Part shown: in pieces, positions 1 through 9,055 of the stretch
How the letters are laid out: every line of letters starts with the position of its first letter
Numbering within the stretch: position 1 is the first letter of the stretch
DNA from: Acidobacteriota bacterium
GTDB lineage: Bacteria > Acidobacteriota > Aminicenantia > Aminicenantales > Saccharicenantaceae
Length of the DNA: 64,000 bases
Direction of reading: 5' to 3'
NCBI GenBank assembly: GCA_022711665.1
Contig: JAKLEN010000001.1
Location: 433,179 to 497,178, forward strand
The notes under the pieces: generated by a model
Told to the model about the DNA's origin: nothing
The model's input: the letters and a program-made list of their open reading frames with translations, nothing else
Databases searched by the model: none
Made by a program: the position numbers and the translations under genes

Positions 1-406
1 CGGCCAGCGTCGGCCACTTCTCGGCCAAATCGCGGCCGTTGTTGCGGACGCCGTGCGTCGCCGGATAAAGCCCGGTCATGATCGAGCTGTGCGCCGGCAG
101 GGTCAGGGGGGCCGGGCAATAGGCCCGGGCGAAACGGACCCCTTCGGCCGCCAGGCGGTCGAGGTTGGGGGTCCGGGCCGGGCCGTACCCGTAGCAGCCC
201 AGATGGTCGGCCCGCGTCGTGTCCAGGGTGATGAGCAGGACGTTGTGTCCGCCGGCGGCCCGCGGCCGGAAGGGCCCACGGCCCCTGACCAGGACCGTCG
301 CCGCCGCCGCCAGGATCAGGGCCAGGGCGATCCCCGCCCCGGCCGGAACGGCCCGCGGCCGGCGGCCCGGCCGGCCCTGCGGCGGAGGAGGACTCGTCTT
401 GCCCAT
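1..406 (-). CDS. Sulfatase / alkaline-phosphatase-superfamily hydrolase, N-terminal part (3' end outside window)
   Basis: Not in the ORF track because it runs off the window edge. My reverse-strand translation from ATG 406-404 gives MGKTSPPPPQGRPGRRPRAVPAGAGIALALILAAAATVLV...HNVLLITLDTTRADHLGCYGYGPARTPNLDRLAAEGVRFARAYCPAPLTLPAHSSIMTGLYP. That is a TM anchor followed by the conserved N-terminal core of sulfatase-like enzymes. Confidence 0.7.
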   Translation of the reverse strand, partial: MGKTSPPPPQGRPGRRPRAVPAGAGIALALILAAAATVLVRGRGPFRPRAAGGHNVLLITLDTTRADHLGCYGYGPARTPNLDRLAAEGVRFARAYCPAPLTLPAHSSIMTGLYPATHGVRNNGRDLAEKWPTLA

Positions 407-440
407 CGGCAATCCAGATTAAGGCTTTTTGAGAAATAGT

Positions 441-477
441 CAAGAAAAAGGCCCGCCCCCCGCGCGGGGGGCGGGCC
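441..477 (-). terminator. Rho-independent terminator downstream of the TonB-dependent receptor gene
   Basis: Perfect 12-bp GC stem GGCCCGCCCCCC / GGGGGGCGGGCC (450-461 / 466-477) with a 4-nt loop. On the minus strand it is followed by CTTTTTCTT. It lies about 30 nt after the receptor stop codon (509-511). Confidence 0.75.
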
Positions 478-508
478 GTTCGTGTCGGATCCCGGAGGAT
501 CGTCCTGA

Positions 509-3500
509 TCAGAAGGAGAACTTCAGCCCCAGCCGGGCCGACCAGACGCCGAAACGCGTGGCCCACTGGTTGAACGCCGGATGGATGGTGTCGTCCGCCG
601 CGGTGTACTCGGGGTAGTGCGTGGCGAACTGGCCGTTCAGGATCTCCTCGTCGTAGCCGGAGAAGCCGTCCAGGTTGTAGTCCGTGACCCGGCTCTGCAC
701 GGTCTTGGTGTTGGTCACGTTGTCGATCTGGAGGCTGATGGCCGCCTTGTAGCGGTCGCCGATCTTGAGGCTGTACTCCGCGAACAGGTCGGCCCAGACC
801 GTGAAGGGCAGCCGTCCGAGGTCGCCGCGGCCGTTGGGATAGAAGTACTTGCCGTCGTAGTAGAGCTTGGTCGTCAGCGGCAGGCCGCTGCGGCCGTAGG
901 CGACGACGCCGACGGTCAGGCCGAAGGGGAAGAGGTAGGAGCCGTAGGCCTTGAAGTAATGAGTCCGGTCCTGCGGCAGGACGCCGTCGAGCTGATGGCC
1001 GAGGGCGTCATAGCCCATGAACCAGCGATCGTAGTCCTGCTCGACGTTCGGGCCGATGCGGCCGTCCTCGTCGGCGCTGGCCAGGCCGGTGTAGCTGCCG
1101 GTCAGGCGGCTCCAGGTGTAGTTGAGGCCGCCCTGCCAGTTGTCGGCGAACCGCTTCTCCAGGGAGACGTTGACGCCGTAGTACTCGCGCGTGGCCTTGG
1201 GGCAGCGCCAGTAATCGTCGGAGAACAGGCCGCCCTCGGAGATCGGCCGGGAGACGCCGAAGCCGGGGTTGGTGACGTAGAACTGCTGTTCGAGGGTGTC
1301 GCCGTTCATGACGTAGACGCCGACGTCCTCGATCGTCCGGATGAGGTGCTTCTGGACGAAGCGGACCGAGAGGGACAGGTTCTCGATGAGCTTCTTCTCG
1401 GCGCCGAAGGAGATCTCCCGCTGGGCCGTCGGCTTGAGGTCGGGATCGACCCGGTCGAAGGACGGCGGCAGGAAGTCGACGGTGCCGGCGTAGGTGCCGC
1501 CGGCGCCCTGGCTGGCGGCGTCGTCGAGTTCGCCGCTGGCGGCGATCAGGCGCCAGTCGGGGTTCTCGAGGGAATAGTAATCCTGTTTCCGCTTCCAGCC
1601 GCCGAAGGTCAGCTCGGCCATGTAGAGCTTCATGACGTCGTAGTAGATGCCGAAGCTGGCGAAGATCTTCAGGTTGGAGTCACCGAAGACGTCGTAGACC
1701 GCGCCGAAGCGGGGGGCCAGCATCTGGCCGAGGTCGAACTTGACCGGCTTGGCGTTGTAGGACACGTAGGAGGTGTCCTCGGTCATGGCCGGGATGTACT
1801 GGCTCTCGGCCCGGATGCCGAAGTTCAGGGTCAGCTTGCCGCCGATCGTCCAGGAATCCTGGATGTAGGCGGATAAGTTGTTGGCATGGATCTTCCAGAC
1901 GCCGCCGTAGGGCGAAGTGTACGAGCCCCGGACGTAATAGTAGCCGTACTGGCCGTAATAGTCGCTATCCGTAGCGGCGCCGACGCCGACCGGGAAGCCC
2001 AGGCCGGTGTAGGTCCGGTTCCAATACAGCCACACCCGGGGATGGGTCGAGGCGTCATAGACGTCTTCGTGGAGATAGTAATAGCCCAAGCCGGCCTTGA
2101 TCGAGTGCTCGCCCTGCCAGTTGGCGTAGACCGTGGCGTCCAGGTTGTTGCTGATCTTGTCCTGCTTGTACTTCCGCGTCTCGAAGTAGTTCCAGTTCGT
2201 CGAATACCCGGAGGGCATGACCAGGTCCGGGTTGGCGACGTAGAACGGATCGCCGGCGAACACGGTGTTGGAATAGGGGAAGTAATAGGTCGAGCTGTTC
2301 GGCGGCAGCAGCTGCTGGTTGTTCTCGTTCTGCATATGCCAGCCGCCGCGGTAGCTCAGGAGGACGTTGTTGCCGATCGAGTAATCGGCCGTCAGCGCGG
2401 CGGTCCAGTTGGGATAATCCATGCCCTCCAGGCCCCAATCGTAGCTGCTGTCGTCGTTGCCGACGATGCTGGGCAGGGCGCCGCGGTAGCGGGTGAAATT
2501 GTTGATGAAGCTGGCCGAGAGGCGCAGGCCGGTCACGGGCGCGGCCGTCAGCTTCAGGGAGCCGTTCAGCGCGTCGTTCTTGGCCTTGTACTGGCTGTAG
2601 GGGCCCTCGCCCAGGTTGAAGTCGCGCATGGCCAGGGTCCTGTTGGTCGTGCCGTCGATGGACCCGAAGAACCAGAGCTTGTCCTTGATGATGTAGCCGC
2701 CCAGGCTGACGATGCCCTCGTAGCGGTCGTAGTTGTCGCGGTCCTTGGCGTCGTTGAAATAGAGGGTATCGTTGTTGACGTACTCGTAGACGTAGTCGTC
2801 GAACGGGCTCTGGCGGAGGTAGTCCCGGGCGTAGCCGCGCATGAGCCGCGAGTTGTTCTCGTAGAACAGCATGACGTCGCCGTGGAACTCGTTGCCGCCG
2901 GTCCGGGTGATGACGTTGACGACGCCGCCCATCGAGCCGCCGAACTCGGCGTTGTAGCCCGAGGCGGTGACCTTGACCTCGTCCAGGAGCTCGAGGACGA
3001 CGTTCTGCCCCTCGGTGCCGAGGTGGAAGTTGGTCACGTCTGCGCCGTCGACGAAAAAGACGTTCTCGGCGCCCGAGGCGCCGTCGACCGAGATGCCGCC
3101 GGCGATGCTCTCGTTCTGGACGCCGGGGATGGTGTTGATGAGGGAGTCGAACGAGCGGCCGCGCGGCAGGGCCAGATAGGTCTCCTTGGTCATGACCTGG
3201 CCCTTGACGGTGCTCTTGACGTCGATGAGCGGGCTCTGGCCGACGACCGTGACCTGCTCCTCGATGGTCGCTTCCTCGAGCGTGACGTTGACCGCCAGGG
3301 TTTGGGACAGCTCGAGCAGGATGCCCTTGCGGATGAGCGTCTTGAAGCCCTGGAGCGAATAGGTGATCTCGTACGTGCCCGACGGCAGGGCCATCAGGCG
3401 GTAGACGCCGGCGCCGTCGGTCACGGCCACGGCTTTGCCCAGCAGCTTGGGACTGACGGCCGAGACGCTGACGCCGGGCAGGGGGTTGCCCTGCGTATCA

Positions 3501-3604
3501 ACGACCTTGCCGTTGATCCGGCCTTCGGGCGTCAGCTGGGCGAAGGCCGTGCCGGCGAACGCCAGGCCGACGATAAGGAGAAGAACCAACACTCTCTTCT
3601 TCAT
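509..3604 (-). CDS. TonB-dependent receptor-like outer-membrane protein with N-terminal carboxypeptidase-regulatory-like domain
   Basis: ORF 509..3643 trimmed to Met14, where MKKRVLVLLLIVGLAFAGTAFAQ forms a signal peptide. The N-terminus has a CarboxypepD_reg-like fold (INGKVVDTQGNPLPGVSVS...YRLMALPSGTYEITY). A long beta-barrel follows, ending in aromatic ...LGLKFSF. Confidence 0.85.
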   Translation of the reverse strand: MKKRVLVLLLIVGLAFAGTAFAQLTPEGRINGKVVDTQGNPLPGVSVSAVSPKLLGKAVAVTDGAGVYRLMALPSGTYEITYSLQGFKTLIRKGILLELSQTLAVNVTLEEATIEEQVTVVGQSPLIDVKSTVKGQVMTKETYLALPRGRSFDSLINTIPGVQNESIAGGISVDGASGAENVFFVDGADVTNFHLGTEGQNVVLELLDEVKVTASGYNAEFGGSMGGVVNVITRTGGNEFHGDVMLFYENNSRLMRGYARDYLRQSPFDDYVYEYVNNDTLYFNDAKDRDNYDRYEGIVSLGGYIIKDKLWFFGSIDGTTNRTLAMRDFNLGEGPYSQYKAKNDALNGSLKLTAAPVTGLRLSASFINNFTRYRGALPSIVGNDDSSYDWGLEGMDYPNWTAALTADYSIGNNVLLSYRGGWHMQNENNQQLLPPNSSTYYFPYSNTVFAGDPFYVANPDLVMPSGYSTNWNYFETRKYKQDKISNNLDATVYANWQGEHSIKAGLGYYYLHEDVYDASTHPRVWLYWNRTYTGLGFPVGVGAATDSDYYGQYGYYYVRGSYTSPYGGVWKIHANNLSAYIQDSWTIGGKLTLNFGIRAESQYIPAMTEDTSYVSYNAKPVKFDLGQMLAPRFGAVYDVFGDSNLKIFASFGIYYDVMKLYMAELTFGGWKRKQDYYSLENPDWRLIAASGELDDAASQGAGGTYAGTVDFLPPSFDRVDPDLKPTAQREISFGAEKKLIENLSLSVRFVQKHLIRTIEDVGVYVMNGDTLEQQFYVTNPGFGVSRPISEGGLFSDDYWRCPKATREYYGVNVSLEKRFADNWQGGLNYTWSRLTGSYTGLASADEDGRIGPNVEQDYDRWFMGYDALGHQLDGVLPQDRTHYFKAYGSYLFPFGLTVGVVAYGRSGLPLTTKLYYDGKYFYPNGRGDLGRLPFTVWADLFAEYSLKIGDRYKAAISLQIDNVTNTKTVQSRVTDYNLDGFSGYDEEILNGQFATHYPEYTAADDTIHPAFNQWATRFGVWSARLGLKFSF

Positions 3605-3754
3605 CGGGTCATGATCTCCTTTCCTCCATCCATGTTTTCGCATTCCCGGGGCGCCCCTCCCCCCTGGAGCCCGCCCCCGCCCCTGCCCCTTGTAGATGGA
3701 TCCCCCCTGTCATTCTCCTCCTCGAGCCATGATGGATCCCGGGCCGCCGGGAAA

Positions 3755-3784
3755 AGCATAGTGCCGGGCCGAGAGAGATGTCAA
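3755..3784 (-). promoter_or_regulatory. Putative sigma70-type promoter of the receptor gene
   Basis: On the minus strand TTGACA (3784-3779), an 18-nt spacer, then TATGCT (3760-3755). This would give a ~145-nt G-rich leader. Confidence 0.4.
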
Positions 3785-3830
3785 GGACACCGACATTCCT
3801 GGCCTCCGCGACATCACGGTCGCCTGCTCC

Positions 3831-4322
3831 TCAATCGAAGTCTTGTTCTTTGACGTCGACGTTGATCGGGTTGTACCCCGGATTGACGGCGGAAGACACC
3901 ATGACGAAGGTCTCGGCCCGCTCGATCATCTGGACTTTCGAGAGCTTGGCGATGAAAAACTCCCGGAACTCGTCGATGTCCCGGAAGTTGGCCTTGATGA
4001 GATAGTCGATCCGGCCGGTGAGGAAATAGATCTCCTCGATCTCCTCCAGCTGCTTGAGGTGTTCCTCGATGCGCTGGTAAGCCTCGGGGCGATGAAGGTG
4101 CTTGATCTGCAGGGCCAGGAAGCAGGTCAGGCCCCGGCCGAGCTTTTTCTTGTCGAGGATGGCCCTCTGTCCCTGGATTATGCCGTTCGTCCGGAGCTTC
4201 CGGACCCGTTCGAGGGTCGCCGGCGGAGAGAGATTGATCTTCTGAGCCAGGGTGGCATTAGAAATCTTGCTGTCCTCGTACAGAATCTTGAGAATCCCCT
4301 TATCATATTCGTCGTATTTCAT
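3831..4322 (-). CDS. Lrp/AsnC family transcriptional regulator
   Basis: 163 aa. N-terminal HTH (ILKILYEDSKISNATLAQKINLSPPATLERVRKLRTNGII) followed by an AsnC-type ligand-binding (RAM) domain. GC is visibly lower than in the neighbours. Confidence 0.85.
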   Translation of the reverse strand: MKYDEYDKGILKILYEDSKISNATLAQKINLSPPATLERVRKLRTNGIIQGQRAILDKKKLGRGLTCFLALQIKHLHRPEAYQRIEEHLKQLEEIEEIYFLTGRIDYLIKANFRDIDEFREFFIAKLSKVQMIERAETFVMVSSAVNPGYNPINVDVKEQDFD

Positions 4323-4332
4323 TTTCCTAAGA

Positions 4333-4362
4333 ATATTATGCGGCCTGGAAGCCCAATGTCAA
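4333..4362 (-). promoter_or_regulatory. Putative promoter of the lrp-like gene (near-leaderless)
   Basis: On the minus strand a perfect TTGACA (4362-4357), an 18-nt spacer, then TAATAT (4338-4333). The ATG at 4322 is only 10 nt downstream of the -10 box. Confidence 0.45.
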
Positions 4363-4485
4363 GCATACTCGCATAGGGCAATCCATATCGTTCATTATTA
4401 TGGCCCCTGGCGGGGCCCGGGGCGGGATGGCAGGATCGGATCCGGCCGGATTACGGGCCTCCCGCCCCCGGCCTGACCTGTTCGC

Positions 4486-5247
4486 TCAGCTGATCTCGCC
4501 GGTCAGGTAGGCCCGCGTCCGCGGATCCCTGGGGCCGGCGAAGACCTCGGCCGCCGGGCCCTGCTCGACGAGCTCGCCGAGGTAGAGGAAGGCCAGGTGG
4601 TCGGCGATGCGGCGGGCCTGGCGCAGGATGTGGGTGACGACGACGACCGTGTAATCCCGCTTGAGCTCGAGCAGCCGCCGTTCGACGTTCTGGCTCGACT
4701 GCGGGTCGAGGGCCGAAGTCGGCTCGTCGCCGAGGATGATCTCCGGCTCGACGGCCAGGCCGCGGGCCAGGCAGAGCCGCTGCTGCTGGCCGACCGAAAG
4801 GGTCGAGGCCGGCTCGCGCAGCCGGTCCCGGACCTCGTCCCACAGCCCGGCCACCCGGAGATAATGCTCGACCCGCCGGGCAAGCTCTTTCTTCGACTTG
4901 AGGCCGTGCAGACGCGGCCCGTAGGCGACGTTCTCGTAGATCGACATCGGCAGGACCTGGGGCTTCTGCGAGAGCAGGCCCATCTTCTTGCGGATGCGCG
5001 TCACCTCCGTCCGGGGGGCGTAGATGTCCTCGCCGTCCAAAAGGACCTGGCCCCGGACCCGGACGCCCTCGGCCGTGTCCAGGAGCCGGTTGAGCGATTT
5101 GAGCAGGGTCGTCTTGCCGCAGCCCGAGGGCCCGATGATGACGGTGATCTTCCGGGCCGGGATGTCCAGGCTGACGTCCTTGAGCACCTGGAGATCGCCG
5201 TAATAGACGCTCAGGCGCCGGATGCTGATGGGGGTCTCGCCGTTCAT
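4486..5247 (-). CDS. pstB: Phosphate ABC transporter ATP-binding protein
   Basis: 253 aa with Walker A GPSGCGKTT, ABC signature LSVGQQQRL and Walker B ILGDEP. The PstB-typical N-terminus (RRLSVYYGDLQVLKDVSL) is present, and the gene follows pstS-pstC-pstA. Confidence 0.95.
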   Translation of the reverse strand: MNGETPISIRRLSVYYGDLQVLKDVSLDIPARKITVIIGPSGCGKTTLLKSLNRLLDTAEGVRVRGQVLLDGEDIYAPRTEVTRIRKKMGLLSQKPQVLPMSIYENVAYGPRLHGLKSKKELARRVEHYLRVAGLWDEVRDRLREPASTLSVGQQQRLCLARGLAVEPEIILGDEPTSALDPQSSQNVERRLLELKRDYTVVVVTHILRQARRIADHLAFLYLGELVEQGPAAEVFAGPRDPRTRAYLTGEIS

Positions 5248-5262
5248 GGGCAGGTCCGTCCT

Positions 5263-6138
5263 TTATTTGACGACATGGCGGGTCGCCTTTCGGCCCAGGG
5301 CCCGGCCGGCCAGGCTGATGACCAGGATGATCAAGGTCAGGATCGCGGCCGAGGCGTAGGCCCGCTCCCGGACCTCGGGGAACGGGGTGCCGAGCTGGAA
5401 AAAGATGGCCAGCGGCAGCGTGGCCGCGGGATCCAGCAGGCCTCCGGGAACGCGGTCGGTGAACCCGGCCGTGAACAGGACCGAGGCGGCGTCGCCGACG
5501 CCCCGGCCGAAGGCCAGGAGGACGCCGGTCAGGATACCCGGGGCGGATTGCCGGACCAGGACCTTGACCGCCGTCTCGAAACGAGTGGCCCCGAGCGAGG
5601 CCGAGGCCTCCTTGAGCTCGCGGGGGACCAGACGCATGACCTCGTCGATGGCCCGGCTCATGATCGGGAACTCGAGCAGGGCTACGGTCAGCATGCCGGC
5701 CAGGAGCGAGGCCCGCAGCCCCAGGGCCAGCATGACGATGAAGCCGAAGGCGCCGTAGACGATCGAGGGCACGCCCCAGAGGACGTCGAGGAAGAAGCGC
5801 GTCCAGACCGCCGTCTTCGAGGCCCGGCCCTTGTAGACGTTGAGGTAGAGGACGAGCGGCAGGCTCAGGAGGAAGGCGATGGCCGTCGCGCCGATCGCCA
5901 GCTCGAGCGAGCCGACAATGGCGTTCAGGATGCCGCCCTCCTTGCCGAGATAGAAGCCGCCCTTGGGCGTCCGGGTCAGCATGGACAGGCTCAGGGCCGG
6001 CAGCGATTTCCAGAGGATGGCCCCCAGGATGATGACGAGCGACAGGAGGACGGCCGCGGCCGAGGCCAGGGCCAGGACGCGGAAAGCGCGGTCGGTCCGC
6101 TTGCGCCGGTTGAGGCGGGCGTCCGGGAGCGGCTTCAC
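5263..6138 (-). CDS. pstA: Phosphate ABC transporter permease PstA
   Basis: The 3' part of ORF 5263..6456 is a multi-TM permease with the EAA-like loop ([19 protein letters not shown]). I place the start at GTG 6138-6136, which overlaps the pstC stop (GTGA). The upstream part of the ORF is Arg/Pro/Gly-rich non-coding-like text. Confidence 0.9.
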   Translation of the reverse strand: MKPLPDARLNRRKRTDRAFRVLALASAAAVLLSLVIILGAILWKSLPALSLSMLTRTPKGGFYLGKEGGILNAIVGSLELAIGATAIAFLLSLPLVLYLNVYKGRASKTAVWTRFFLDVLWGVPSIVYGAFGFIVMLALGLRASLLAGMLTVALLEFPIMSRAIDEVMRLVPRELKEASASLGATRFETAVKVLVRQSAPGILTGVLLAFGRGVGDAASVLFTAGFTDRVPGGLLDPAATLPLAIFFQLGTPFPEVRERAYASAAILTLIILVISLAGRALGRKATRHVVK

Positions 6139-7019
6139 CGGGTCCTCCGCTCGACCCGGACGAGGATCCACCGGGCCAGGACGTTGAAGAACAGGACGAT
6201 GAGCATGAGGACGAGCGAGGCCAGCATCAGGGCCGCGTCGTAGCGCGGCACGGACATCATCTCCCCGTAGTTGTTGGCGATCAGGGCCGGCAGCGGGTAG
6301 CCGGGATCGAAGAGCGAGCGGGGCACGGCCGGCACGTTGCCGACGACCATGAGCACGGCCATGGTCTCGCCGAAAGCCCGGGAGAAGCCCAGGACGGACG
6401 CGGCCAGGATGCCCTGGGCCCCCTTGCGCAGGACGACGCGGCGGGTCGTCTCCCACTTCGTCGCGCCCAGCGATAGCGAGGCGTCGCGCAGCGCCCCGGG
6501 GATGGTGGCGAAGACCTCGAGGGTGACGTGGATGATGGTCGGGAAGGTCATGATGGCCAGGACGATGCCGCCGGCCAGGATGCTGTAGCCCGACGAGACG
6601 ACGCCGCAGGCCGGCGCCAGGACGCCGCCGACAAAGGGCACGACGATGAGGACGCCCCAGACGCCGTAGACGACCGAGGGCAGGCCGGCCAGCAGGTCGA
6701 TGACCGGCTTGGCCGCCTCGCGGATCCAGCGCGGAGCGTACTCGGAGAGATATATGGCCGCCAGGATCGAGACCGGCAGGGCCAGGACGAGCGCGGTCAC
6801 GGTCACCCAGACCGTGCCGCTGATGAAGGGCAGCAGCCCGAACTCGCCCTTGAGCGGGTGCCAGGCCGAGGAGAAAAGCAGCCGGGAAAGCGGCTCGACG
6901 GCCAGGATGGCCCTGGACTTCAGGAACAAGCCGACGACGACGAGCAGGACCAGGAGGCCGGGCAGGGTGGTGACGGCCCCCATGCCCCGGCGGGCCAGCA
7001 CGTCCCTGATCAGCCTCAT
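6135..7019 (-). CDS. pstC: Phosphate ABC transporter permease PstC
   Basis: Only the last 294 aa of the 1019-aa ORF are protein-like ([28 protein letters not shown]...[19 protein letters not shown]). ATG 7019-7017 overlaps the pstS stop (ATGA). Confidence 0.9.
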   Translation of the reverse strand: MRLIRDVLARRGMGAVTTLPGLLVLLVVVGLFLKSRAILAVEPLSRLLFSSAWHPLKGEFGLLPFISGTVWVTVTALVLALPVSILAAIYLSEYAPRWIREAAKPVIDLLAGLPSVVYGVWGVLIVVPFVGGVLAPACGVVSSGYSILAGGIVLAIMTFPTIIHVTLEVFATIPGALRDASLSLGATKWETTRRVVLRKGAQGILAASVLGFSRAFGETMAVLMVVGNVPAVPRSLFDPGYPLPALIANNYGEMMSVPRYDAALMLASLVLMLIVLFFNVLARWILVRVERRTR

Positions 7020-8026
7020 CGTTTCTCCGCGCCCCGGACGGCGGCCAGGCCGGCGGCGATCTTGTCCGGCCCGACGCCGATGTAGCCCATCTCGGGAACG
7101 TAGGCCTGCCCCTCGGTCAGGACCCAGGCCAGGAACTCGGCCAGTAGAGGCCGGTCGGGCCGGCCCCTGACGACGAAATAGAGGTCCCGGGCGGGCGGCG
7201 AGGGGTAGACGCCGGCGGCGATGGCCCGGGTCAGGTCGTCGCGCCGGGCATATACTTTTTCGGCCGGGTCGACGAGGCCGCTGCCGTCGAGGTCGATCGG
7301 ACAGATCTCGATCCCGTCCACCGGTCTCAGGCTCTTGGCGTCGTAGGCGAAGTTGACGTTGTTGAAGCCGATCGCCAGCGGATCGCGGCGGACGGCCTCG
7401 GCCAGGCCAGGATCGCCGTAGACGCCGATGCCGCCCAGGTCCTCCTGGCGCCCGCCCAGGTAGGCCGCCCAGGTCTCCGCGGCGCCGCAGGCGTCGGAGC
7501 GGGTGTAGATGTGGACGGGGGTCCGGCCGGTCCGGCCGAGAAGGCCCTCCCAGGTCGCGGCGGTCCGGCGGATCCAGATCGCGGCGAAATCCTCCCTTTT
7601 GAGGCCGCGGCGTAGGATCTCGTCCAGGAACGGGTTCCGCCGGCTGATCGCGGCCACGACGGCGTCCTTGGCCACGGCCACGGCCACGGCGCCCTTGGCC
7701 GCCTCGGCGGGCTGGATCTCCCGTGAGACCATGCCGATGTCGGCGGCCCCGGCCAGGGCGTCGGCGATGCCCTTGCCGGCCCCTCCGGCCTGGATGTCGA
7801 TGGCCGTCCCGGGATGGGTTCTCTGGAATTCCTCCTGCCAGCGAACGGCCAGCGGATAGAGGGCCCAGGCGCCGGAAAGCGACAGGCTCTCCCGTCCGGC
7901 CGGCCGGGCGGCCGGAGCGGCCTCCTCCCGATCCCGGTCCCCGGCCTTGCAGGCCGCGAGCCCCAGGTTGAGGACAAAGACAAGGACGGCGGCCAGCCCG
8001 CCGGCAACGAGTCGGAGTCTTGTCAT
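7016..8026 (-). CDS. pstS: Phosphate-binding lipoprotein, PstS family
   Basis: 336 aa. Signal peptide plus lipobox (LNLGLAAC) and a periplasmic-binding fold with [24 protein letters not shown]. Its position directly upstream of pstCAB supports the call. Confidence 0.85.
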   Translation of the reverse strand: MTRLRLVAGGLAAVLVFVLNLGLAACKAGDRDREEAAPAARPAGRESLSLSGAWALYPLAVRWQEEFQRTHPGTAIDIQAGGAGKGIADALAGAADIGMVSREIQPAEAAKGAVAVAVAKDAVVAAISRRNPFLDEILRRGLKREDFAAIWIRRTAATWEGLLGRTGRTPVHIYTRSDACGAAETWAAYLGGRQEDLGGIGVYGDPGLAEAVRRDPLAIGFNNVNFAYDAKSLRPVDGIEICPIDLDGSGLVDPAEKVYARRDDLTRAIAAGVYPSPPARDLYFVVRGRPDRPLLAEFLAWVLTEGQAYVPEMGYIGVGPDKIAAGLAAVRGAEKR

Positions 8027-8047
8027 GCCGCGCCTCCCGGTTCCGTT

Positions 8048-9055
8048 CTAGAATGCCGCCTGGAATTGGGCCAGCAGGCCGGATCTCTCCCGGCCGCCGG
8101 CCTGGCGCCCGTGGATCTCGTAGTTCACCTGGAGCTTGGTCCGGCCGGCGATGATCCAATTGACGCCGAAGGTGACGATGCGCTTCCCGTCGTCCGGGAC
8201 GGCGCGGTCGAGGTCGAGGGCGTCGTAGCGGACGAGCGCCTGGAGCCGGGCCGGGAGGGCGAAGACGCCCGCCAGGACATACCAGCCGGATTTGGAGACG
8301 AGCCCATCCCGGGCATGGATGTACTCGCCCTTGAGCAGGACGCGGTCGACGCGGAAAAACGCTTCCAGGCCTTCCTTGTTCCGGTCGGCCAGGGGCTCCC
8401 CTTCCGCCGGCGCCCGGCGGCCGCGGTAGACGGAGCCTCCGATCGCCAGGAAGCTCAGGGGCTTGAGCACCAGCCGGCCGCTGAAGTCCTTGCGCCCGTC
8501 CGCGTCCGCCTTGTTGATGCCCGAACCGTTGAAGAAGCCGAAGGCATACTCGGCGATCTTCCAGCTGCCGAAGGCGGCCAAGCCGGCGTCCCGGCCGGAC
8601 GAGCCGATGTCGCGGCCCGGGGCCAGGGCCTCGACCGCGGCCGGCCGGCTGACCATTTCGATGTCGGCCACCGACGTCACGCTGTCCAGGCTGAAGGGGA
8701 CAAGGAACTGGCCGAAGCGCAGCCCGGCCTCCTTGAGCGGGGCGTAATCGATCTGGGCGTCGAGCAGGGCCGGCGATTTGACCAGGTCCACGGAAAGCTT
8801 GAAGCTGAGGCTCTTGACGATGGTCCCGCCGAGCGACAGGCGGGCCCGGCGGAGCTGGAAAGTGTCCGTGCCGGGGTCCCAGGAGGCCCCGTAGAATTGG
8901 GCAAAGCCGCCGAGCTTGAGGTTCTTGATCGCCGTCAGGACGGGCGAGCCCTTTTTCTCTACGTCTTCGGCCGCGGCCGCAACGGCCGGCAGGACGGCCA
9001 GGGCCAGAGCCAAGGCCAGGGCGGCCGCCGCGGCTTTCAGCGTTCCGCGGCTCAT
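8048..9055 (-). CDS. Outer-membrane porin, phosphate-selective porin O/P-like
   Basis: ORF trimmed to MSRGTLKAAAAALALALALAVLPAVAAAAE (signal peptide). It shows an alternating beta-strand pattern, an RRARLSLGG..FKLSVD motif typical of OprO/OprP-type porins, and a C-terminal ...FQAAF. The start overlaps the Rrf2 stop (ATGA). Confidence 0.6.
   Translation of the reverse strand: MSRGTLKAAAAALALALALAVLPAVAAAAEDVEKKGSPVLTAIKNLKLGGFAQFYGASWDPGTDTFQLRRARLSLGGTIVKSLSFKLSVDLVKSPALLDAQIDYAPLKEAGLRFGQFLVPFSLDSVTSVADIEMVSRPAAVEALAPGRDIGSSGRDAGLAAFGSWKIAEYAFGFFNGSGINKADADGRKDFSGRLVLKPLSFLAIGGSVYRGRRAPAEGEPLADRNKEGLEAFFRVDRVLLKGEYIHARDGLVSKSGWYVLAGVFALPARLQALVRYDALDLDRAVPDDGKRIVTFGVNWIIAGRTKLQVNYEIHGRQAGGRERSGLLAQFQAAF

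Noticed and set aside
4402-4417. The hairpin GGCCCC-TGGC-GGGGCC as a pstB terminator.
   Set aside because: The 6-bp stem is real, but on the minus strand it is followed by AUAAUAAUG rather than a U-tract. It may contribute to termination, but the evidence is too weak to list as a feature.
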